Of a DNA stretch of 64,000 nucleotides, positions 52,943-64,000 are shown one piece after another. The stretch lies in assembly GCF_028368995.1 (NCBI RefSeq), contig NZ_JAQNDL010000001.1:544001-608000 (forward strand), in the 5' to 3' direction. Under the pieces are notes generated by a model that saw only the letters and a program-made list of their open reading frames with translations, was not told where the DNA came from and did no database searches. The translations under genes were made by a program, and so were the position numbers. The DNA comes from Nannocystis bainbridge (GTDB lineage Bacteria > Myxococcota_A > Polyangia > Nannocystales > Nannocystaceae). Each line of letters begins with the position of its first letter. The first letter of the stretch is position 1.

Positions 52943-52975
52943 CGCTCTCTTGCTCCCTCCGGCAGCGCGCCGGAA

Positions 52976-52998
52976 AAGTTGTATTCTTGGTACGTATT
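52976..52998. promoter_or_regulatory. Candidate NsrR-type operator
   Basis: AT-rich imperfect 11-1-11 AAGTTGTATTC-T-TGGTACGTATT between the divergent globin and Rrf2 genes. Confidence 0.5.
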
Positions 52999-53024
52999 TT
53001 CTGTCCCCGAGGCCAGCGCAAATC

Positions 53025-53504
53025 ATGCAGCTCACCCAGTTCACCGACTACGCTTTGCGCACGCTCCTCTACCTGGCGGTGCACCGGGACCGACTGGTGC
53101 CGGTCGCCGAGATCAGTGCCGCCTACGGGATCTCGAACCACCACCTGGTCAAAGTCGCGCACCAGCTCGCGCGCCTCGGCCACGTCGAGTCGGCGCGCGG
53201 TCGCGGCGGCGGCCTGCGGCTCGCGCGCGACCCGGCCGACGTGACCGTGGGTGAGGTGGTCCGCGCCACCGAGCCGCATTTCCACGTGGTCGAGTGCTTC
53301 GACGCCGACCACAACGCGTGCCCCATCGTGCCGGCATGCGGCCTCATGCGCACGCTGGCGCAGGCGCGTGAGCGCTTCCTCGAGGTCCTCGACAGCCAGC
53401 GGCTGGCCGACCTCGTGCAGGACCCGGTCCGCGTCGACAAGCTGGTCACCATCTGGAAGCGCACCGGCAGCGCCACGCGCCGCCAATTGGCCTCCCCGGA
53501 GTGA
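53025..53504 (+). CDS. nsrR: Rrf2-family regulator (NsrR-like)
   Basis: MQLTQFTDYALR, YGISNHHLVKV, RGRGGG, three Cys (VECF..C....C). Confidence 0.85.
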   Translation: MQLTQFTDYALRTLLYLAVHRDRLVPVAEISAAYGISNHHLVKVAHQLARLGHVESARGRGGGLRLARDPADVTVGEVVRATEPHFHVVECFDADHNACPIVPACGLMRTLAQARERFLEVLDSQRLADLVQDPVRVDKLVTIWKRTGSATRRQLASPE

Positions 53505-53524
53505 TGGGTCTATATCCGGGCGCC

Positions 53525-54760
53525 ATGACCCGCACGCTCGCCACCGCCGCCGAAGCCCCCGTCCTGCCGCGGATCCTGCTGCGCGACGGCGAGGCGGTGA
53601 CGGCCCCGGTCCCGGCCGCGCCGGCGCGCACGGGGGCGGCGGCGGCGACGGAGCGGCCCCTGCGGGTGGTGATCGCCGGCGGCGGCACCGGCGGGCACTT
53701 GTTCCCCGGCATCGCCCTCGCCGAGGAGATCCGGGCCCGCGGCGGCGAGGTCCATTTCGTCGGCACCGCCCGCGGCATCGAGGCCCGCGCGGTGCCCGAG
53801 AGCGGGTATGCGCTCGAGCTGATCGACGTCGCCGGCATCAAGGGCCGCGGCCTCGCGGGCCTGGTGCGCGGGCTGCTGCGCCTGCCGCGGGCCTGGCTGC
53901 AGAGCCTCCGCCTGCTCCGCCGCCTGCGCCCCGACGTGGTCGTCGGCGTCGGCGGCTACGCCTCGGGCCCGGTGGTCGCGACCGCGTCGATGCTGCGGAT
54001 CCCGACCGCCATCCTCGAGCAGAACAGCATCCCCGGGATCACCAACCGGATCCTGTCTCGCCTGGTGCGCAAGGTGTTCTGCACCTTCCCCGACGTCCGC
54101 GGCCGCTTCCCCGCGCCCAAGGTCGTGCTGGCCGGCAACCCGATCCGCCGCCAGATCCTCGGCCAGCTCGTCGCCGCCGGCGAGACCACCGCCGCCGCCG
54201 CCGCGGCCACGCCGCACGGCCCGCGCCTGTTCGTGTTCGGCGGCTCGCAGGGCGCCCGGGCCATCAACGACGCCGTCCTGGCCGCCCTGCCCGGCCTGCT
54301 GGAGCGGCTGCCGAACCTCGAGATCTGGCACCAGACCGGCAAGGGCGACGAGGCGCGGGTACGCGACGGCTACGCCGCGCTCGGCCTCGGCGAGCCGCGC
54401 GCGCGCGTGGCCGCCTTCCTCAAGGACATGGCCGCGCCCTACGCCTGGTGCGACCTGGTGCTGTGCCGCGCCGGCGCCACCTCGCTGTCGGAGCTCACCG
54501 CGGTCGGCAAGCCCGCGGTGCTGGTGCCCTTCCCGCACGCGACCGACAACCATCAGGAGTGGAACGCCCGCGCGCTGGTCGACGCCGGCGGCGCGCTGCT
54601 GATGCGCGAGTCGGAGTGGACGCCCGAGGCGCTGACCGGCGCGCTCGCCGGTCTGCTCGCGGCGCCGGAGCGCCTCTACGACATGAGCAACGCCATGCGC
54701 ACCGCGGCCCGGCCCGAGGCGGCGCGCACGATCGTCGACGCCATGAGCGCGTGGCGGTGA
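53525..54760 (+). CDS. murG: MurG lipid II GlcNAc transferase
   Basis: GGGTGGHLFPG, GGYASGP, EQN, GNPIR, GGSQGA, CRAGA, DNHQEWNA. Confidence 0.93.
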   Translation: MTRTLATAAEAPVLPRILLRDGEAVTAPVPAAPARTGAAAATERPLRVVIAGGGTGGHLFPGIALAEEIRARGGEVHFVGTARGIEARAVPESGYALELIDVAGIKGRGLAGLVRGLLRLPRAWLQSLRLLRRLRPDVVVGVGGYASGPVVATASMLRIPTAILEQNSIPGITNRILSRLVRKVFCTFPDVRGRFPAPKVVLAGNPIRRQILGQLVAAGETTAAAAAATPHGPRLFVFGGSQGARAINDAVLAALPGLLERLPNLEIWHQTGKGDEARVRDGYAALGLGEPRARVAAFLKDMAAPYAWCDLVLCRAGATSLSELTAVGKPAVLVPFPHATDNHQEWNARALVDAGGALLMRESEWTPEALTGALAGLLAAPERLYDMSNAMRTAARPEAARTIVDAMSAWR

Positions 54761-54826
54761 GTGCCCAAACTCTCGCCTGCGGGGCCTGAGGGCCCGGGGA
54801 GCGCGCGGCTACTATGCGCTCCGCCG

Positions 54827-57730
<2,904 letters not shown>

Positions 57731-57880
57731 CGCGGAGCGCCGCGCAGGCGCCCCTCGTCTGCGCCCGCGACCGATCGCCGCTGCGGCCCCGCGACCTCCG
57801 TGCCTCCCGGCGCGGAGGTCGTTCGCGTCTCTGCTTCGCGCGTTGACCGTCGCGCAGCAGGACGGTAAGCCTGGCCCGTC

Positions 57881-59038
57881 GTGCTCACCGACTTCCAGAT
57901 CAAGAACTTCAAGTCTCTCCGCGACCTCCGGCTCGAGCCGGGCCGCGTGACGGTGCTGGTCGGCGACAACGGGTCCGGCAAGAGCAACATCCTCGAGGCG
58001 ATCGCGTTCGCCGGCGCCGCGCTGGCCGACAAGCTCGACCACGAGTTCCTCGCCAGCCGGGGCATCCGCGCCGCCGATCCGCGATGGATGCGGGCGGCCT
58101 TCGGCGCCGACGACGACACCAAGATCGAGGTCCGCGTGGCTCACGGCGCCGAGCGGGTCGGCTTTCACGTCGAGACCTCGGCGTCGCGCCGCAGCTTCTG
58201 GAAGCTGGTCGTGACCGAGCGGAGCATGCGCTCGCCCAAGGAGACGCTGCTGCTCGACAGCTTCCGCGCGGCCTTCAAGTCGGTGATTCAGGACGAGGAC
58301 GAGCGAATCAGCGACGCGGAGCTGGCGGAGTTCGTCGACGGCCGCCTGGCCCAGATCTTCCTCCTCAACTTCGAGCCGCTGAAGTCGTTCCTGATCTACG
58401 CGCCGGAGACGGCGGCGCTGCGCAGCTTCGCCCAGGAGGGCCAGATCCTGCCGCTCGGGGTCCGCGGCGAGGGCCTGTTCTCGCTGCTGAAGACGCTGGC
58501 CGCCGACGCGCCGCGCCTGGCCGAGCTGAAGGAGCTGCTGCACCTGGTCGACTGGTTCGCCGACCTCGAGGTCGGCGCCGCGCTGGCGCCGTACGAGCGG
58601 ACCCTGCAGCTCCGCGACCGCTATCTCGCCGCCGGCAACCCGCTGGCGGCGTTCGATCAGCGCAGCGCCAATGGCGGGTTCCTGTTCCTGCTGTTCGCCT
58701 TCGCCGTGGTCCTCAGCCCCGACACGCCGAAGCTGTTCGCCATCGACGACATCGACGCGGCCCTCGATCCGCGCCTGCGCGCCGAGCTGATCCGGCAGCT
58801 CCTGGCGCTCGCGGCCCGCCACGGCAAGCAGATCGTGGTGACCACCCACGACCCCGCGATCGTCGAGTCGCTCGACCTGCACGACCCCGACTTGCGGCTC
58901 TACACGGTGCAGCGCGACGCGCAGGGGCACACGCAGGTGACGCGGGTCCGCGCGGCCCAGCCGGCCGAGGCCCCGCCGACGCACGAGCTGTCGGAGGCGT
59001 TCCGCCGCGTGGTCCTCGAAGTGCCACCGAGCGCCTGA
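57881..59038 (+). CDS. AAA_21-type (ABC-like) ATPase
   Basis: IKNFKSL, Walker A GDNGSGKSN, AIDDID, VTTH. Confidence 0.9.
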   Translation: MLTDFQIKNFKSLRDLRLEPGRVTVLVGDNGSGKSNILEAIAFAGAALADKLDHEFLASRGIRAADPRWMRAAFGADDDTKIEVRVAHGAERVGFHVETSASRRSFWKLVVTERSMRSPKETLLLDSFRAAFKSVIQDEDERISDAELAEFVDGRLAQIFLLNFEPLKSFLIYAPETAALRSFAQEGQILPLGVRGEGLFSLLKTLAADAPRLAELKELLHLVDWFADLEVGAALAPYERTLQLRDRYLAAGNPLAAFDQRSANGGFLFLLFAFAVVLSPDTPKLFAIDDIDAALDPRLRAELIRQLLALAARHGKQIVVTTHDPAIVESLDLHDPDLRLYTVQRDAQGHTQVTRVRAAQPAEAPPTHELSEAFRRVVLEVPPSA

Positions 59039-59163
59039 GGCAGCGCATGCACGAGACCCCGAGCTCCGTGGCCGCGCGCGCGAGCGCCAGTCGCCGGTGG
59101 CGTGCTGCACAGGCTGCGAGCGACGCGACCTCCGGCCGCGCGGCCCGGCACATAATCGCCGGG

Positions 59164-61104
59164 ATGCGCCGTAGCCTCGCGTCCCTGCCCTTCGTCGCCG
59201 TCCTCGAGCTCGCCTGCGCCCACGGCCCTCGTTCGCCGGCCTCGCCCCGGGCCCTCCTCGTGGCCGGCGAGGCCGCGCGCAGCGGGCCCGCGCTGGCGAT
59301 CCACGACGTGCCGCCGGCGGTGTTCGTCGACGCCAAGCGGGCGCAGAAGCTCGCGGCCGTGCTGCCGAAGATCCACGACGTCGTCGCCGGCATCGTCGCC
59401 GACGATCGCCTCATCGGCCTGGCCGTCGGCGTCGTCGTCGACGGCCAGCTGGTGTTCGGCGAGGGCTTCGGCGTGCGCAACGTCGACGAGGGCGGCGCGG
59501 TCGACATCCACACCGCCTTCCGGATCGGCTCGATCACCAAGGTGTTCTCCGGCATGACCGCGCTGCGCCTGGGCGACGAGGGATTGCTCGACCTCGACGC
59601 GCCCGCGGCGAACGTGCTGCCCGAGCTGGCCACCCTCGTCTATCCCAGCGCCGACGCGCGGCCGATGACGGTCCGCGACATCCTCACCCACACGGCCGGC
59701 CTGCCGCGCGACCCCGACCTGCCGCTGAGCGGCGGCGGCCAGCCGCACACCCGCGACGCGGTGATGCAGGCGATCGACGGGCTGTCGCTGGTGCGCCCGC
59801 CGGGCATCGGCTCCGAGTACTCGAACCTCGGCTTCGTGCTGCTCGGCCACGTGCTCGCCGCGGCCGGCGGCGAGCCGTTCGGCGACGTCATCCGCGACCT
59901 CGTGCTGCAGCCGCTCGGCATGCACGAGACGGTGTGGCAGGCGAGCGACCTCCCGGCCGGGCAGCGCACGCGCGGGCACGCGGTCGTCGACGGCAAGGTC
60001 GTCGCCACCACCTCGGGCGGTCACAGTGCGCTGAGCGCCGCCGGCGGGCTGTGGTCGACCGTGGCCGACATGGCCCGCTTCGTCGCCTTCCAGCTCGACG
60101 CCTGGCCGCCGCGCGGCGACGCCGAGAGCGGCCCGCTCGCGCGCTCGACCGTGCGCGAGGCCCAGCGGCTCCGCGCGCTCCGCAGCTTCCGCGCGCGCAC
60201 CACCGCCGACGAGGCCGCGGCCGGCGGCATCGAGGGCGGCGCCTCGGGCGTGGGCTTCCCGTGGAGCGTCGGCCACAACTGCGAGGCCGCGTACGTGGTC
60301 GGCCACAACGGCGCGCTCGAGGGCTACTTCGCGACGATCCGACTGTTCCCGCACGCGGGCGTCGGCGTCATCGTGCTCGCCAACGCGGGCTGGACGGACA
60401 CCGACGGGATCGCGGTCCAGATCCAGCGCGTACTGGCCGCGGGCGGGGTGCTGGCGAACCGCGCGCCGCAAGCCCTGCCGGCGCTGGGCGAGGCGGCGCA
60501 GCGGATCGTCGATCTGTTCCCGGCGTGGGACCCGGCGAAGTTCGGCGAGTGGAGCACGCACGGCTGGACGGCCGCCGGCAACGCCAAGCTGCTGGCCGCC
60601 GAGATGACGTGGCTGCACGCGGGCCTCGGCGCCTGCACGCTCGGCGGGCTCAAGCGCGCGACGAGCCCGTGGTCGGGCGTGTACCGGGCGAAATGCGAGC
60701 ACGGCGACGCCGAGCTGACGGTCAACCTGACCAGCGCGAAGACGCCGAAGATCGCCAGCGTCACGCTGGCGTGGCTGGCCGGCACGCCGGCGCCCGAGCT
60801 GCAAGCGCTGGCCGAGGCCGCGGCGCCGCAGCTGGCCCAGTTCGACGAGGCCGGCTTCCTGACCAGCTTCTCGCCCGGCTTCCGCCGCTCGACGCTGCGC
60901 CACACGATCGCCGACACCCAGTTCGAGCACGGCACCTGCGTGCTCGACAAGCCGCTCGAGGTCCGCGGCCCGCGCGAGGCGACCTACGCCCTCAAGTGCG
61001 ACAAGGGCACCGCGAAGCTGTCGCTGACGATCGACCGCGGGCAGCCGGCGCAGATCGTGTCGTTCAGCGTGGCGTCGACCGGCGCGCTGCCGACCTGCCG
61101 CTGA
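59164..61104 (+). CDS. Serine hydrolase / beta-lactamase family (class C-like) protein
   Basis: FRIGSITK (SxxK), LTHTAG, YSN, GHNG; duplicated C-terminal domain. Confidence 0.9.
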   Translation: MRRSLASLPFVAVLELACAHGPRSPASPRALLVAGEAARSGPALAIHDVPPAVFVDAKRAQKLAAVLPKIHDVVAGIVADDRLIGLAVGVVVDGQLVFGEGFGVRNVDEGGAVDIHTAFRIGSITKVFSGMTALRLGDEGLLDLDAPAANVLPELATLVYPSADARPMTVRDILTHTAGLPRDPDLPLSGGGQPHTRDAVMQAIDGLSLVRPPGIGSEYSNLGFVLLGHVLAAAGGEPFGDVIRDLVLQPLGMHETVWQASDLPAGQRTRGHAVVDGKVVATTSGGHSALSAAGGLWSTVADMARFVAFQLDAWPPRGDAESGPLARSTVREAQRLRALRSFRARTTADEAAAGGIEGGASGVGFPWSVGHNCEAAYVVGHNGALEGYFATIRLFPHAGVGVIVLANAGWTDTDGIAVQIQRVLAAGGVLANRAPQALPALGEAAQRIVDLFPAWDPAKFGEWSTHGWTAAGNAKLLAAEMTWLHAGLGACTLGGLKRATSPWSGVYRAKCEHGDAELTVNLTSAKTPKIASVTLAWLAGTPAPELQALAEAAAPQLAQFDEAGFLTSFSPGFRRSTLRHTIADTQFEHGTCVLDKPLEVRGPREATYALKCDKGTAKLSLTIDRGQPAQIVSFSVASTGALPTCR

Positions 61105-61223
61105 GCGGCCCATCGCGCGTGCTCGCGTTCGCGGACGGCGACGATCGCCGGATGCGAGCATTCGCGGGACGCCGAACGCTCACCGGAGCGAAATCAAGGG
61201 TGCTCACATTCGCGGACGCCCGC

Positions 61224-61381
61224 CGCTCGCCGGAGCGAGATCAGGGTGCGGGCAATCGCGGACGCCGAACCCTCCCCCGCTCGCCGATGACCGTCGCTCG
61301 CGCTCGCGAAGCGCTCGCCGGAGCGAGATCAGGGTGCGGGCAATCGCGGACGCCGAACCCTCCCCCGCTCGCCGATGACCG
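61224..61381 (+). repeat. Two identical 70-bp direct repeats (period 88) within a degenerate repeat tract
   Basis: CGCTCGCCGGAGCGAGATCAGGG...GATGACCG at 61224-61293 and 61312-61381. Confidence 0.85.
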
Positions 61382-61527
61382 ACGCTCGCCACTCGTCGGA
61401 GCTCACAGGCCTTCACCTTCGCGGACGCGACCGGCGCTGCTGCCCACATTCGTTCGCGCGCCTGAAACGGCGAAGCGCCGGCGCGCCGTGAGGCACGCCG
61501 ACGCTCCTGCGGATTCACCGGGCGAGA

Positions 61528-62460
61528 TCAGTTGCAGGTCGGGGCGACCTGGCCGTCGGAGCCGGTGTTGATATACGCGTCGGACACGTAGCCCGTGCCG
61601 ATGAAGTCCCACAGCTTGGTGGTGCCGAACGTGCCGGTCACCGAGGTGCCGTTCTTCTGGCAGGTGATCGTCACCTTGGCGCCGTTGGCGACCGAGCCGA
61701 CCGCCGTCCCGCTGGTGCTCGGGGTCGAGCGCACGGTCAGCGGCAGGCCGCTGGTGGAGACCGTGCCGGTGACGCCGCCGCTGCCGCCGCCGCTGCACTT
61801 GTTCTTGCTGGTGTAGTTCTTGGTGCCGAAGAACAGCGCGGTCGAGCCGTTGAACACCGGCTTCTGCGCGGTCCCGTTCAGGCGCTGCTCGTAGTGGAGG
61901 TGCGGGCCCGACGAGCCGCCGGTGCTGCCCACGGTGCCGATCTTCTGGCCCTGGCTGACGCTCTGGCCGACCGTCACGCTCTGCGAGTTGAGGTGGGCGT
62001 AGCGGGTGCGGTAGCCGCCGCCGTGATCGATCTCGACCCACTTGCCGTAGCTCGTGGCGCCCTCGTTGGCCACGCGGCTGACCTTGCCCGCCGCGGCCGC
62101 CACCACCGGATCGTTTACGTCGTCGGTGCGGTTGAAGTCGACCGAGTTGACCGGGCTGTGATTGGTGCGGGTCTGGCCGGCCCACACCTGGCCGCACGGG
62201 AACGGCAGCTGGAACGCCGGCGCCAGGCTGACCTCGGTCTGCGCGGCGAGGTCCTCGAGCGCGTCGAACTCGGCGGCCTCCTCACCGGCGGGCGGGCCCG
62301 CGTCCCACCACTCCTCGTCGCCGAAGAAGCCGGCCGGATCGAGCTCGGCCTCCTCGGCGGTCATGTCCTCGATACAGCCGCCGAGAGCGACGGACAGGGT
62401 GCCAGCGAGCGCCAGCGAGAAGAGGTTGCGATGGGCGAACACGGAGGCGAGTCGGGTCAT
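61528..62460 (-). CDS. M23 peptidase lipoprotein with a C-terminal SH3b-like domain
   Basis: Lipobox LGGC; H...VD, YAHL, GPHLHYE; LTVRSTP...YVSDAYI. Confidence 0.92.
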   Translation of the reverse strand: MTRLASVFAHRNLFSLALAGTLSVALGGCIEDMTAEEAELDPAGFFGDEEWWDAGPPAGEEAAEFDALEDLAAQTEVSLAPAFQLPFPCGQVWAGQTRTNHSPVNSVDFNRTDDVNDPVVAAAAGKVSRVANEGATSYGKWVEIDHGGGYRTRYAHLNSQSVTVGQSVSQGQKIGTVGSTGGSSGPHLHYEQRLNGTAQKPVFNGSTALFFGTKNYTSKNKCSGGGSGGVTGTVSTSGLPLTVRSTPSTSGTAVGSVANGAKVTITCQKNGTSVTGTFGTTKLWDFIGTGYVSDAYINTGSDGQVAPTCN

Positions 62461-62665
62461 GTCGGGGTCCTTCGCGGGCGAGACAAAGAGGGCGAACGTG
62501 GAGTCGGTCTCCACACGCAGAGCCGCCGGTCCAGCGGCTCCGAACGTCGTCCTGTCGAGTAACCCGGCCCCGATTTTCGATCACCGAAGTCGACCGCGCC
62601 GCAAACACCGCGAGCGCTCGCAGGCGCGCCCACGCGTGCGCCCCGCGAACCTCGCTGCGCTCGAC

Positions 62666-63994
62666 TCAGCGCCTGCTCGCCGTCGTCGCGCGCCGACGAC
62701 GGCGCCCCCACAGACCGCAGCCGAACAGCCCGAGCACGCCGATGCCGTCGGGCCACGCACCAGCGGGCTCGGCGTCGCAGCCGAACGGCTCGCCCGGCCC
62801 CGCGTCCCCGGGCTCGCACACGCCGGCGACGCACGCACCGCTCGCGCACTCGTCGGCGACGACGCACGCCGCTCCCGACGCGACCTGTCCGAAAGGATAG
62901 AGCTCGACGGCGGCCAGCGGACTCGTGATCGAGCCGACCGTGCCGCCGACGATCAGGACCCCGTGACCGGGCACGAAGGTGGCCGTGTGGAGCCACCGCG
63001 GCGTCGTCATCGGCGGCAACGGGGTCCACGTGTCGGTCGCCGGGTCGTAGACCTCGACGCTCGCCAGCACGCCGCCGAGCCCGCGACCGCCGGCCACCAG
63101 CACCCTGCCCGAGGGCAAGCGCGTGGCCGTGTGATCGAAGCGCGGCTCGCTCATGGTCGCCGCGGCGGCCCAGGTGTCGCCGACCGGATCGTAGCGCTCG
63201 GCCGTCGCGGTGACGCGGAACGGATCGGGCACGAGGGTGATGTCGATGCTGCCGCCGCCGCTCACCAGCACCTCGCCGGTGGTCAGCAGCGTGGCGGCAT
63301 GACGCTCGCGCGGGGTCGCCATCGCGGCCGCGGCGATCCACGCGTCGGTCGCCGGATCGTAGCGCTCGGCGGTCGCCAGCGGCTCCTTGATCTCCGCGTC
63401 CCAGGCGACCAGGTAGCCCCATTTCCAGCCGCCCGCGGCCAGCACCCGGCCGTCGGCCAGAGTCGTCGCCGTGGGGCTGCTGCGCGCGCCCACGAGCGAG
63501 CGCGGGCTGGCCACGGTGCCGGCGGCGACGTCGTAGCGCAGCGAGGTCTTCGGCGTGTCGAGGCCGCCGACGATCAGCACGTCGCCGTCGGGGAGCAGGC
63601 TGAGCGCCGTCTCCTCGCGGTAGGTCCCGGCCAGCGCCGGCACGTCGAGCCAGACGTCGGAGGCCGGGTCGTAGATGACGCCGACGAGGGCGTCGAGCGC
63701 CAGCCAGCGACCGTCGGCGAGGCGCACGGCGACGGCGTCCCACAAGGCCGCCGGGGCGGTCGTCAGCGGCGACCAGACGTCGGCCGCGGCGTCGAAGCGG
63801 AACACGGACTCGGCCGCGCCGGCGGGAGCGTGGCCCCCGGTGACGACGACGCCGAGACCGGGGAAGAACTCGGCGACGTGCTGCGCCCGCGCGGGGCTGA
63901 GCGGGGCCCGCGATACAGGCCCGGCCGCTGTGGCGGTGGACACGGTGCATACGAACAATGACGATAGTGCGGAGGCGAAGGCGATACTTTTCAT
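62666..63994 (-). CDS. Secreted Kelch-repeat protein with a C-terminal sorting-like tail
   Basis: Repeated R..HTAT.L..G.VLVAGG...E.YDP; Cys cluster and a TM+RRRR tail. Confidence 0.9.
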   Translation of the reverse strand: MKSIAFASALSSLFVCTVSTATAAGPVSRAPLSPARAQHVAEFFPGLGVVVTGGHAPAGAAESVFRFDAAADVWSPLTTAPAALWDAVAVRLADGRWLALDALVGVIYDPASDVWLDVPALAGTYREETALSLLPDGDVLIVGGLDTPKTSLRYDVAAGTVASPRSLVGARSSPTATTLADGRVLAAGGWKWGYLVAWDAEIKEPLATAERYDPATDAWIAAAAMATPRERHAATLLTTGEVLVSGGGSIDITLVPDPFRVTATAERYDPVGDTWAAAATMSEPRFDHTATRLPSGRVLVAGGRGLGGVLASVEVYDPATDTWTPLPPMTTPRWLHTATFVPGHGVLIVGGTVGSITSPLAAVELYPFGQVASGAACVVADECASGACVAGVCEPGDAGPGEPFGCDAEPAGAWPDGIGVLGLFGCGLWGRRRRRATTASRR

Positions 63995-64000
63995 TATGGG

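Overview
GC-rich bacterial DNA whose gene families (AgmX/PglI C-terminal protein, DCDD-repeat lipoprotein, OmpA/TSP3 protein, '...LYCVEQ' secreted-protein tail, Kelch protein) point to a myxobacterium, probably Nannocystis-like (inference). In order, the window holds: a histidine kinase; a LysM/PG-binding gene with a large NIS-synthetase-like gene; a stress/glycosyltransferase block; a complete IS110 element; a lower-GC island (membrane protein, HD-CE-like protein, phage-hub-like protein, integrase remnant); surface proteins; a second stress/galactose block (galE, GH1, glf, GT, galK, galT, GH2, aminotransferase); a RiPP-like cluster; rph; an NsrR-like regulator with truncated globin and reductase; murG; gcvP; an AAA ATPase; a serine hydrolase; an M23 peptidase; and a Kelch protein. 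Two candidates stand out as novel. (1) The IS110 element (11910-13314) has a left end with one donor-binding loop and TWO homologous target-binding loops; the guides can be matched base by base to the element ends and the insertion site. (2) A RiPP-like cluster pairs a Cys-rich 53-aa precursor with a PhyH dioxygenase, a DUF692/MNIO enzyme, a GT4 glycosyltransferase fused to an MNIO-partner-like domain, and a divergent RRE-like/2OG-Fe(II) oxygenase. All family calls come from motif recognition by eye; no database searches were run. Start codons were chosen by hand.
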